Origin: a virus
Taxonomy: Duplodnaviria > Caudoviricetes
Direction: 5' to 3' (one strand)
Length of the DNA: 32,026 bases
Virus record (IMG/VR): IMGVR_UViG_3300006922_002478
Span: 1 to 32,026 of that record
Each line of letters opens with the position of its first letter. The first letter of the stretch is position 1. Position numbers and translations under genes: made by a program. This document shows positions 8,402 through 17,704 of the stretch, piece by piece. Below the pieces are notes generated by a model that saw only the letters and a list, made by a program, of their open reading frames with translations, had not been told where the DNA came from and ran no database searches.

Positions 8402-9880
8402 ATGGCAAAATCAACAATTAACTTAGGTACAGCCGCAAATGACGGTACTGGTGATAATCTTAGAGCAGGTGCTACTAAGGTTAATGCTAACACAGACGAG
8501 CTGTATAACGCTTTAGGCGACGGAACAAATCTTAAAGATATTGTAAACTCAAGTATGGAACTTGATATACAAAATGACGATTCAAAAATTAACAAAGTAG
8601 CATTTCATGCCGCAACGTTAAACCAAATGAACGCAATTAGCACAAGCACATATCATGGTGCAATGTTACACGTACATGAAGGTGGAACAGTTTATGTTGC
8701 ACATGCAAGTGCATGGCGCAAACTACTTTTAGATGCAAGTGCAGGAGCAATTCCTAACTATACAGATCCTTTAAAACCGGTTGCTTATGTAGGAAACATT
8801 AATAGTTTATCAGATGTTGATACAACATCACAGGCACCACAAACAGGCAACGTTCTTAAATGGGACGGTGGCAAATGGGCACCAGGAACAGATACTACAT
8901 CAGGTGGAGGCGGAACAGACGCTGACACATTAGACGGATTTGATAGTTCATACTTTACAAACTTTGATAACTTAAACAACAAGCCATCCATTCCGGCTTC
9001 ATTAGTTGATTTAAGTATTATTGACGGATCAAGTGGACAAGTTTTATCTGCAAACGGTAATGGAACATTTACTTTTATTACACCAGCGGCTGGCGGACTA
9101 CAAAATATTTTCCAAACAGTTGACGGCGATTCAGGTACTACTACAGCAAATTCACAAACAGATACATTAACAGTTGCTGGCGGTACAAACATTACAACTA
9201 GTGTTGTTGGCGATACACTAACTATTAATTATAGTGGTGATGCACTAAGTGGTGAAGCTAACCAAAACGCATTTAGTAATGTACAATCAGACGCAGGACT
9301 AGCGGCGGCTGATAGTAAAACTGATACACTAACTATTGCAGGTGGTACAAATATTACTACATCAGTATCAGGTGACACAGTTACTATTAACGGAACAGTT
9401 CCAACGTTTGCAAGTTTATCAGATACAGACTTAACAGGCGCAACAGCAGGTAATGTTTTAGTATATGATGGTTCAGACTGGATTGATAGTCCACATACAT
9501 ACGATCAGATTGCATATCCTGCAATGACAATGTTAACTGTAACAGCTGATAGTAATAACGGATATAAGTTTAGTCAATACGGTAATACAGAAGATCCAAC
9601 AATTTATGCTTTAGCAGGTGCAACGATTGCATTTAAAATTAACAGTGGCGCAAATCATCCATTCCAAATTGAAACAAGTGGAGGTTCACCATATAGTAAT
9701 GGACTTATACACGTTGCATTAGATGGAGAAGAGTCAACAGGATCAGATGCACAAGCTAAAACATCAGGTACATTATATTGGCAAGTTCCAGCAAATATTA
9801 GTGGCAATTATCAATATCAGTGTACAGTACACGGTTCAATGCAAGGTACTATTGTAGTGAAAGCATTGAGTGCAATTTAA
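8402..9880 (+). CDS. baseplate wedge / fibre protein with gp9/gp10-like N-terminus and C-terminal cupredoxin-like domain
   Basis: N-terminus MAKSTINLGTAANDGTGDNLRAGATKVNAN.DELY is the T4 gp9/gp10-type motif. Internal fibre repeats (LSDVD..GNVLKWDG..W). C-terminal NHPF...YQYQCTVHGSMQG. Confidence 0.75.
   Translation: MAKSTINLGTAANDGTGDNLRAGATKVNANTDELYNALGDGTNLKDIVNSSMELDIQNDDSKINKVAFHAATLNQMNAISTSTYHGAMLHVHEGGTVYVAHASAWRKLLLDASAGAIPNYTDPLKPVAYVGNINSLSDVDTTSQAPQTGNVLKWDGGKWAPGTDTTSGGGGTDADTLDGFDSSYFTNFDNLNNKPSIPASLVDLSIIDGSSGQVLSANGNGTFTFITPAAGGLQNIFQTVDGDSGTTTANSQTDTLTVAGGTNITTSVVGDTLTINYSGDALSGEANQNAFSNVQSDAGLAAADSKTDTLTIAGGTNITTSVSGDTVTINGTVPTFASLSDTDLTGATAGNVLVYDGSDWIDSPHTYDQIAYPAMTMLTVTADSNNGYKFSQYGNTEDPTIYALAGATIAFKINSGANHPFQIETSGGSPYSNGLIHVALDGEESTGSDAQAKTSGTLYWQVPANISGNYQYQCTVHGSMQGTIVVKALSAI
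9100..9391 (+). repeat. two ~43-aa tandem repeats in fibre protein
   Basis: QNIFQTVDGDSGTTTANSQTDTLTVAGGTNITTSVVGDTLTIN versus QNAFSNVQSDAGLAAADSKTDTLTIAGGTNITTSVSGDTVTIN. Confidence 0.85.
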
Positions 9881-9894
9881 GGAAATAGGGATAA

Positions 9895-10452
9895 ATGGCA
9901 ACAGTAATTAACGATAAATTCCAAGCACAAAACGGATTTGAAAGTCCTAACTTTACAGTTGATAAATCGGGTAAGCTAACTGCACCGACTATTGATGTTC
10001 AAAGTATTTTGCTTAACGGAACTCCGTTTGTTGCTTATGTTCCACCTGCAGATGACACAGGTGATGACACAGGTACACAGGTATCAAACAGTTTTGAAAG
10101 CCTTGCTGTAACAGGCGGTGTTTTCAAAGTTAACTATTTAGGTAATACATCATTATCTGTAGTTAATGGTAGACTAACAATTAGTAGTATTGGTGCTTTA
10201 CCAGGTAGTATTGACAATGTAGAAATTGGATATAATACTCCTTCGCAGATTAGAGTACATACAATTGATATGGCGGCTAATCCGGATAGTACAGCATCGA
10301 CTATAAATATGAATGGTGCATCAGTAAAAGGTGATGTTAATATCGCAGATAACGTGGTTTTGATTAACCAGCCTACTGTAGGCACCCACGCAACAAGTAA
10401 AGGTTATGTAGACGCAACGGCAACAGCCCTTGCAGTAGCATTTGGAGCATAA
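9895..10452 (+). CDS. putative virion structural / fibre-associated protein
   Basis: C-terminal PTVGTHATSKGYVDATATALAVAFG resembles the 'A.K.YVD' fibre motif; lies between two fibre-like genes. Confidence 0.55.
   Translation: MATVINDKFQAQNGFESPNFTVDKSGKLTAPTIDVQSILLNGTPFVAYVPPADDTGDDTGTQVSNSFESLAVTGGVFKVNYLGNTSLSVVNGRLTISSIGALPGSIDNVEIGYNTPSQIRVHTIDMAANPDSTASTINMNGASVKGDVNIADNVVLINQPTVGTHATSKGYVDATATALAVAFGA
10051..10082 (+). repeat. 12-bp tandem repeat (GATGACACAGGT x2 plus partial)
   Basis: gatgacacaggt gatgacacaggt acacaggt, encoding DDTGDDTGTQV in an acidic linker. Confidence 0.8.
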
Positions 10453-10455
10453 AGA

Positions 10456-13400
10456 ATGGCTAAGAAAAAGATTTATAATTACAAGTTTTACCCAGGACTA
10501 GGATTAAATGATAACTCATATCCGAATGCATGGGCATTGCTTACAACTAACAAAGACTTTATACAAAAAGAAGTTGCGGCTTGGATATTACAACAAGTAA
10601 ACGATAACGCAACAGGATTTGTAGGTTATACATACAGTCAGTCTAAATGTGAAAGAGACACAGGATTTAACATTGACGCTTGGGCACACGACTTACGCTA
10701 CACAGGTAACGAAGAAACAACAAGAATTTCACATACATATTGGGAACAAGATGTTGCACAGGTTGATGGAGACAGAGTAGCAGAAGTAAAAGCAAAAGAA
10801 TTTACACGTGATCTAATTATTAATCACGTATTCACTAACAGTCCACAGTCAACACCATACCAAGGAAACGTAGCACAAGTTACTAACGGTGTAAATGGCG
10901 AAGCCCAAGCTGGCTCACGCATTCAAACACTTTCAGGAATTGTTATAAATGTATTGACTTCGGGTACAGGTGCATTACCAACATTCGAACGTAAAGGCTT
11001 AGGACATGTTAGATTCCAAGGTAACTACGATGCTAGTGACTTATTAATTGTAACTAACACAACTAAAACAGAAGTTATCTATAACTTTACAGATGTACTT
11101 AAAGGTGGTAGAGTAACAAGAGTTGACGATGTTACACCAAGAGATTCAAGTGGCTATGTACCAAAATATGATAGTACTTCATCTAATGAAAATGCAGACA
11201 GCGACTTTCCAAAATACTTACAAGTTACTGATGCTGTTACAATTTTAGATCTTACACATAATACTGAAGGTCAATCAGAAACAGACGAATTACAAATCTT
11301 TATTGACTCGCCAGAACAAATTACAAGACCATATGACTTTGGATCAGACGCTATTGAACGTATGCGTATTGCTCCACCGTTAAGTATGCTTGACGCTGAC
11401 TTTGAGTACGGACTACAGCCTACTAAATGGTCAGCTATTGGTATGATGCGTGGTTATCCAAGTGTTTACGAACTTCCAGGTACTGATACACAAGTGCTAA
11501 GTGTTATTACAGATGCTTCAGCAGGTACAGCAGGAATTGGTTCGTCAAAAATTACAGTTACAACAGTTGGCGCACACGGATTTGAAGCAGGTACTCCGAT
11601 TACAATTAAAGCACTTGAAGATAGTGTAGGTGGAGCGGCAAGGTCAGAAGGTTCTTTTATTATTGACGACATTCCATCAACTACAACATTTACATATTAC
11701 GCTAAAGCAAAAGTTGGTACAAACTCCGGCGAAGTACTTTCAACAACTTATACACAGTTACGTAAAGGTGCTTTCTATACTGGTGCAAGTGTTGGACAGC
11801 CATTGTTTACAGTATTCAGTAATGGTACAAATGGTACTATGACATTAAGTTTGGCGGCACAAACAAGTGAAAACAGATTAGCGTTTACAGGTGATGTACC
11901 AGAAGTTGGTGCTCCAATTGCTAACGCGGCATTTCCAACAGGAACACAGGTTACTGCTATTGCAAGTACTCCAGACGGTAATACATTACCATTAAACTTA
12001 GTAAATGATATTAATATTGGTAATACTGATATTGAAGTTGCAAGTACAACAGGTATTGTTGTAGGACTAGCGGCTGATAACGGTAGCGGAGATGCTATCT
12101 TTGTTAACAACATTGCTGGTACCACACTTAGTATGAGTGGTTCATTTACAAGTCAAATTATACGTAACACAGAAACTTATACAGGTGTAACAGGAACAAT
12201 TACAGCACCTGCAGGTTCAAACGCACAATTTACAATTTCAAGAACTGGCACAGCATATTCAATAGACTTAGTAACACAAGCAGGATCAGGATACATTCAA
12301 GGTGATAAACTATTAGTTACAGGTGATAACTTAGGTGGTACTACACCTGCACATGATGCAACAATATTAGTTACAGCAGTTAACGGTACAGGTGGTGTAA
12401 CAGCCGCAAGTGTAAGTGGAACTGCATTAAGTGGAACTATTGCATACACTGGACCAACAGCAGTATTAACGCAAAACGGTGGTTCAATGGGAAGCACACA
12501 GTTTGATATCAACTATTCCAGCGGAAGTTATACAACAGTAGATGTTAACTCTCCAAACGATTCACAAAACTATACAATTGGTGATAGAATATTTATTAGC
12601 GGTAGTTCTGTATTAGGTGGTGTAGGACAACCTGGTAACCAAAACAATGGCGGAAACGACTTTGTTGCTAGAGTTACAAGTGTTGGCGCTGGCGGATCAA
12701 TTACTGCACTAGTGCCAGATAATGGTGGATGGAGTATTGGTACACCTCCAAGTCAAACAAGAAGTTATAGCTTTGGCGGATCAGACTTAGCATTTACAGG
12801 TGGTTCAGGATCAGGAATACAGTTTGCTATTAATGTAACCAGCGGTGTGTATTCATATCAATCTTTTGGACAAGACGGCACAGGATATACAACAGCAGAT
12901 ACACTTATTTGTAGCGGTGCTTTAATGGGCGGATCAAGTCCAGCTAACGATGTATATTTAAGAGTTGTTTCAGTTAACGGCGTTGGTGGTATCACTGATG
13001 TACGTGTAGAAGGAGCAGACGAATCAACAACACCATCAGCGGCAGACGCTGGCGTATTTGAAAATAAAGGTATGACAGATCTAGTTGGTTCAGGTGCAAC
13101 ATTTGATATTGCAAACGACGGATCAAGCTATAGTACAACAGTTACAGCAAATGGTACAAACTATCATGTAGGTCAAACTTATGTAATAGCAGGTAATTTA
13201 ATTGGCGGATCTACTCCTGCTAATGATGCAACTATTACAGTTGATAGTGTAAACGGTGAAACTGGTGCTATTTCAACAGTAAGCATAACAGGTAGTGCAC
13301 CAGCATTACCAACAGTGTTTACTGGACAAGCAGGTAGTAATGTAGCACATGCAGGCTCAAGCGGAACATTTGATATTACTAGAACTTCAGGTGTATATAG

Positions 13401-16398
13401 TCTTGCTATTAACGCAAGTGGTAGCGGATACGAAATTGGTAACATAATTACTATTCCAGGTAATACACTAGGTGGTGCAACTCCAGCACAAGATGCAACA
13501 GTTATTGTAACAGCCAAAGATGGTAGCGGTGGATTAAGCACAGCAAGTATTACAGGTTCAGCAGTTGCAGGTGGTGGACTAAACTTAGTAAACGGTGTTA
13601 CACTAACAGACTTTACAACAACTACAATTGATGCGGCTACAAGTGTTAACTTTGAAGCACTATCAACTATTGAAATTACATGGCCTTATGCACACGGAAT
13701 TGTGCCAGGTGATACATTTGTTGTTGATGTTAACTCAGATGATGGAGGCTCAAATAATCACTCACTAGCGGCAGGTTCGTTTATTGCAATTAATGTTCCA
13801 ACTAGTAAAAAGATTAGATATAACACAAGAGCTCCAGGATCTGTAAGTGAATTTGATGGCAGTTCTACAGAAGATAGAATCCAAGGTAACGTGTACTTAC
13901 GTCCAGATAGTTTCTTTATTCACAGACCATATGATGGTGGTGTACAATTAGGAACAGGCGGACCACAGCACGGTGCTCAAGCAATTAGACAGAGTAAAAA
14001 ATATATTAGATACCAGTCAGGTAAAGGTATTATGTATACCACTGGTGCATTGTTTGCACCAAGTTATGACGTAAGAACTATTACAGCAGACGGCACAGGT
14101 ATTGGTGCAATCATTACTATTGTAACAGATGATAACGATCACGGCGCACAAGTTGGTGGTAAGGTTAGACTTATTGGTGTTGAATCAGCAGGTTATAACG
14201 GTGAATATACTGTTACACAAATCATTGACGAAAGAACATTAAAATGTTTATCAACACGCAGACTAGGTACACAAAATGCTGTACTAGGTTTTGCGGCACA
14301 GCTGACAGTTGTTGGTTGGCATGGAGCAACAGTCCGTTCAGGTATCTTTGATGATCAAAACGGAATTTATTGGGAGTTTGATGGCTCGAACATTAGTGTT
14401 GCACAACGTACAAGTACAAAGCAAATTGCAGGTACTGCACAAGTTACAGTTGACTCTAACTTAATGATAGGTACTAACACAAGATTTAGAGATCAGTTAA
14501 AAGCTGGTGATAGAATTGTTATCAAAGGAATGACACACGTTGTTGCAAACGTTGATTCACAAACACAAATAACAGTAACACCAGACTACAGAGGTGTTAA
14601 CAATGTTGCATCATGTAAAGTAAACTTAATTACAGATAAGAAAGTTTTACAAGAAGAGTGGAACTTAGACAGAATGGACGGCACTGGCAAGAGTGGATAC
14701 AATATGGATGTTAGATACATGCAGATGATTGGTATTCAATACAGTTGGTATGGTGCTGGTTTTATTGACTGGATGGCACGTGGTGCTGATGGTAACTTTG
14801 TATTCTGTCACAGAATGCGTAACTCAAACGTAAACACAGAAGCGTTTATGCGTTCAGGTAACTTACCAGTGCGTTATGAAGTTACAAACGAAGGTGCATC
14901 ATCAGCTCTTATCGACGACATTGATGCTACACAAACATTTATACCAGTTGTAGAATCTAAGTTCTTCCCAGATAACGGAACAGTGTATATTGATAACGAA
15001 ATTATTAGTTACACAACTATTGATCATACACTAAAAAGATTAACAAACTGTACAAGAGGAACTACACTACAAAACTTCCAAGCTGGTGCAACTAGACAGT
15101 ACAACGCAGGTCCAGCAAGTGGACACGCAGAGCGTACTGGTGTTATTTTAATTAGTAACAGTATTACACCACTTATATCACACTGGGGTTCAGCGTTTAT
15201 TACAGACGGTGGCTTTGATGATGATAGAGGTTACATCTTCTCATACACAGAAACAGGACTAAACATTAGTACAACAAGACAAACAGCGTTCTTACTTAGA
15301 CTAGCACCTAGTGTTAGTAATGCTATTGTTGGTGACTTAGGTGATAGAGAACTGTTAAACAGAGCTCAGTTGCTTATGCAAGGTCTAGAGATTACATCAG
15401 ATGGACTTGATCCTGAAAATTCTAACGCTCCAATTTACGGCGGTATTGTTGTTGAAGGTATTTTGAATCCACAGAACTATCCACTTAACCCAGGAGACAT
15501 TGGTTGGACTGGATTGTCAGGACTAGCACAAGGTGGACAGCCAAGTTTTGCACAGGTTGCATCAGGTGGTTCTGTTAACTGGAACAGTGGTGATACAGCG
15601 ACATATAGTACAGCGGCAGTTATGCCACAGGTTACAACAACAGCACAATTAATGCCATGGTGGTCATTTAGAACAAACAGAAATTACGCATATTTTGATG
15701 CAAACAGTTGGGAAGATTCTAACTTATCAGTTGGTGACCAGGTTAACGCAGATGGCGGAGGAAACGAATACTTCCCACAAGGTACTACAATTCAACAGAT
15801 TGTTGACCAAAGTATTTACGGAAGATACTTAGTTTACTTCTCAGGTAATTCAAATTCAAATTCAGGTAACGGTGCTACACAAACATTCCAAAAAGGTGGC
15901 GATGAATCTAATTCAAACTTTGCATTCTTCCTTAAAAATGTTTGGGACGCGGCTGGTGCAAGATCAGGTACTGAAATTGGTGATGCTGGTGGTGCACCAA
16001 CTAACCAAGGCGATATTAGTATGCCATCATCAAGTTATGTGTCAAATATTGAAGGACCATTACTATTTGGGAACCAAGGTTCGGGTGGTATTGAATTCTA
16101 TAGAGTTAGCTTTAACAACAGTTACAACGGTACACTTAGCCCAGGCGACTTGTACAACTTTAAATTCCAACAACCTCCATACGCACAGCCAGGAGAAACA
16201 GTGTTCTCATTCATTGCTCAACCTGGAGAAAGATCTACATTGGATCTAGGACAATTGAAAGAACTTACAAATACTACACTAGGTGGTAGAGGTACTTTCC
16301 CAAATGGTCCAGACGTGCTTGCATTGAACGTTTATAAAACGTCAGGCGCGGCAGTAGATGCGAATATTATTATTAAATGGGGTGAAGCTCAGGCTTAA
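10456..16398 (+). CDS. large (1980 aa) virion structural protein, tail fibre/baseplate-like
   Basis: Gly/Thr/Ser-rich with five internal G.GY..GD...GG..PA.D repeats, three HG-x3-G repeats and an N-terminal KCERDTG..IDA..DL motif. Lies in the late-promoter cassette. Confidence 0.75.
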   Translation: MAKKKIYNYKFYPGLGLNDNSYPNAWALLTTNKDFIQKEVAAWILQQVNDNATGFVGYTYSQSKCERDTGFNIDAWAHDLRYTGNEETTRISHTYWEQDVAQVDGDRVAEVKAKEFTRDLIINHVFTNSPQSTPYQGNVAQVTNGVNGEAQAGSRIQTLSGIVINVLTSGTGALPTFERKGLGHVRFQGNYDASDLLIVTNTTKTEVIYNFTDVLKGGRVTRVDDVTPRDSSGYVPKYDSTSSNENADSDFPKYLQVTDAVTILDLTHNTEGQSETDELQIFIDSPEQITRPYDFGSDAIERMRIAPPLSMLDADFEYGLQPTKWSAIGMMRGYPSVYELPGTDTQVLSVITDASAGTAGIGSSKITVTTVGAHGFEAGTPITIKALEDSVGGAARSEGSFIIDDIPSTTTFTYYAKAKVGTNSGEVLSTTYTQLRKGAFYTGASVGQPLFTVFSNGTNGTMTLSLAAQTSENRLAFTGDVPEVGAPIANAAFPTGTQVTAIASTPDGNTLPLNLVNDINIGNTDIEVASTTGIVVGLAADNGSGDAIFVNNIAGTTLSMSGSFTSQIIRNTETYTGVTGTITAPAGSNAQFTISRTGTAYSIDLVTQAGSGYIQGDKLLVTGDNLGGTTPAHDATILVTAVNGTGGVTAASVSGTALSGTIAYTGPTAVLTQNGGSMGSTQFDINYSSGSYTTVDVNSPNDSQNYTIGDRIFISGSSVLGGVGQPGNQNNGGNDFVARVTSVGAGGSITALVPDNGGWSIGTPPSQTRSYSFGGSDLAFTGGSGSGIQFAINVTSGVYSYQSFGQDGTGYTTADTLICSGALMGGSSPANDVYLRVVSVNGVGGITDVRVEGADESTTPSAADAGVFENKGMTDLVGSGATFDIANDGSSYSTTVTANGTNYHVGQTYVIAGNLIGGSTPANDATITVDSVNGETGAISTVSITGSAPALPTVFTGQAGSNVAHAGSSGTFDITRTSGVYSLAINASGSGYEIGNIITIPGNTLGGATPAQDATVIVTAKDGSGGLSTASITGSAVAGGGLNLVNGVTLTDFTTTTIDAATSVNFEALSTIEITWPYAHGIVPGDTFVVDVNSDDGGSNNHSLAAGSFIAINVPTSKKIRYNTRAPGSVSEFDGSSTEDRIQGNVYLRPDSFFIHRPYDGGVQLGTGGPQHGAQAIRQSKKYIRYQSGKGIMYTTGALFAPSYDVRTITADGTGIGAIITIVTDDNDHGAQVGGKVRLIGVESAGYNGEYTVTQIIDERTLKCLSTRRLGTQNAVLGFAAQLTVVGWHGATVRSGIFDDQNGIYWEFDGSNISVAQRTSTKQIAGTAQVTVDSNLMIGTNTRFRDQLKAGDRIVIKGMTHVVANVDSQTQITVTPDYRGVNNVASCKVNLITDKKVLQEEWNLDRMDGTGKSGYNMDVRYMQMIGIQYSWYGAGFIDWMARGADGNFVFCHRMRNSNVNTEAFMRSGNLPVRYEVTNEGASSALIDDIDATQTFIPVVESKFFPDNGTVYIDNEIISYTTIDHTLKRLTNCTRGTTLQNFQAGATRQYNAGPASGHAERTGVILISNSITPLISHWGSAFITDGGFDDDRGYIFSYTETGLNISTTRQTAFLLRLAPSVSNAIVGDLGDRELLNRAQLLMQGLEITSDGLDPENSNAPIYGGIVVEGILNPQNYPLNPGDIGWTGLSGLAQGGQPSFAQVASGGSVNWNSGDTATYSTAAVMPQVTTTAQLMPWWSFRTNRNYAYFDANSWEDSNLSVGDQVNADGGGNEYFPQGTTIQQIVDQSIYGRYLVYFSGNSNSNSGNGATQTFQKGGDESNSNFAFFLKNVWDAAGARSGTEIGDAGGAPTNQGDISMPSSSYVSNIEGPLLFGNQGSGGIEFYRVSFNNSYNGTLSPGDLYNFKFQQPPYAQPGETVFSFIAQPGERSTLDLGQLKELTNTTLGGRGTFPNGPDVLALNVYKTSGAAVDANIIIKWGEAQA
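12283..13557 (+). repeat. five dispersed ~45-aa repeats in the 1980-aa protein
   Basis: GSGYIQGDKLLVTGDNLGGTTPAHDATILVTAV; QNYTIGDRIFISG..LGG..NDFVARVTSV; GTGYTTADTLICSGALMGGSSPANDVYLRVVSV; GTNYHVGQTYVIAGNLIGGSTPANDATITVDSV; GSGYEIGNIITIPGNTLGGATPAQDATVIVTAK. Confidence 0.85.
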
Positions 16399-16403
16399 TC
16401 TTT

Positions 16404-16841
16404 TTAAGGGGTAGTAGTTACAGAACCATCAGCATCATCTTCGGATGGTGCTGTTTCCATTTGTGGCTTAGACTTTTGACTATCACCAGGTGCAATACGA
16501 TAATTATCTTCAACACTATCAGGTGTACTTACTTCAGTAACACTACTTCCAGGTTCCATACAAACTAATTGATGTGGCATTAGTGGCGGATTGCGCCATG
16601 TCATACCTTCTGTAAGTTCTTGTGATTTATACTCAGCAGTAGTTGTGTCAATATAATTTAATAGAAAACGTCCGTTGTTAACAAACCATGTTTCGTCTTT
16701 TTCTTTATGAAAGTGCATACTAAACTTAGAACCAACTTTTTCAAATACCATAATTTTACCACAGTATAAATCATTCGTTGCCCAAATTACTTCGTAACCC
16801 CAGCCTTTGTCTACTTTACCTTCTAGTCTAGTTGGTTCCAT
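16404..16841 (-). CDS. cupin-domain sugar isomerase-like protein (mannose-6-P isomerase / lyxose isomerase-like)
   Basis: KGWGYE..W, SMHFHKEKDETW (cupin motif 1 HxH..E), PP..PHQL (motif 2), EVSTPD..EDNYR. Overlaps hldD end. Confidence 0.75.
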   Translation of the reverse strand: MEPTRLEGKVDKGWGYEVIWATNDLYCGKIMVFEKVGSKFSMHFHKEKDETWFVNNGRFLLNYIDTTTAEYKSQELTEGMTWRNPPLMPHQLVCMEPGSSVTEVSTPDSVEDNYRIAPGDSQKSKPQMETAPSEDDADGSVTTTP

Positions 16842-17658
16842 TAATGTACTCCTCGATTGTATGCCAGTGTCTTATTGCTATAGCATTATGTAGTTTTGCA
16901 TTATCTGCACAAGTGTATTCTTGATATTGACTTTTTAAATGATCTGGCATTGGAATGTATTCAATTTTTGCATCATATCTTTTAGCAATTAATTTAGCAA
17001 CTTCTTCAACATTAACTGCTTTACTTGTTCCTAAATTAAATACACCGCACGTATCAGTTTCATGCATCATTTTTTCATGTACAACAGCAACGTCATGCAC
17101 ACTTACAAGGTCTCTTTTAAATTTATTGCTACCTTCAAATAGTTTAATTACTCCGTCTTGACTTGCTTGCTTTTGAAACTTACTAACTAGACTCATTTGA
17201 TCACCTTTGTGACCTTCACCAGGACCGTATACGTTAAAGTACCTAAAGTTCTGTACAAGCATACCAAAATTTTCGTAGCCGTTTTCTTTTAAGAATTTAT
17301 CAATTAGGTACTTACTCCATGCATAAGGTGTTTGCGGATAAACAGGATCTGACTCTTTAAAACTAGTGTTGTTACCGTAAACAGCAGAAGTACTTACAAG
17401 TTGAATATTAGTATTATAATTTTCGCAAACTTGTAATAGACGTAATGTAAATTCATAATTATGAGCCCAAACTTTGTCTACATCTCTTTCAGTAGTATCT
17501 GATATTGCTCCACAATGTATTACCCAATCGTATGATGATACGTCTGGAACTACATGTTCAACCCACTCAAAGCCTTCAACTTCGTGGTCTCTTGATTGTA
17601 GATAATTGGCAATATAGCTACCAACAAATCCTTTATGTCCTGTTACTAATACTTTCAT
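16828..17658 (-). CDS. hldD: ADP-L-glycero-D-manno-heptose 6-epimerase
   Basis: TGHKGFVG NAD(P) motif, HCGAISDTTE, SAVYG, YAWSK, FRYFNVYGPGE.HKG, YIPMPDHLKSQYQEYTCAD (RfaD-typical). GAGG SD. Confidence 0.88.
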   Translation of the reverse strand: MKVLVTGHKGFVGSYIANYLQSRDHEVEGFEWVEHVVPDVSSYDWVIHCGAISDTTERDVDKVWAHNYEFTLRLLQVCENYNTNIQLVSTSAVYGNNTSFKESDPVYPQTPYAWSKYLIDKFLKENGYENFGMLVQNFRYFNVYGPGEGHKGDQMSLVSKFQKQASQDGVIKLFEGSNKFKRDLVSVHDVAVVHEKMMHETDTCGVFNLGTSKAVNVEEVAKLIAKRYDAKIEYIPMPDHLKSQYQEYTCADNAKLHNAIAIRHWHTIEEYINGTN

Positions 17659-17675
17659 TTGTACCTCTTTTTACT

Positions 17676-17704
17676 ATTATACTATCTTTAATTACCGTTG
17701 TCAA
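17676..17704 (-). promoter_or_regulatory. perfect sigma70 consensus promoter TTGACA-N17-TATAAT for hldD
   Basis: Minus strand reads TTGACA (17704-17699) ACGGTAATTAAAGATAG TATAAT (17681-17676), then GAGG and the hldD ATG at 17658. Confidence 0.85.

Noticed and set aside
8278-13541. Antisense ORFs of 68-135 aa opposite the structural genes (also 27056-27550)
   Set aside because: In-register shadows of Gly/Thr/Ala-rich coding frames, with no motifs or SD.
15847-15864. AATTCA x3 microrepeat
   Set aside because: In-frame, encoding NSNSNS in a low-complexity loop; no sign of phase variation.
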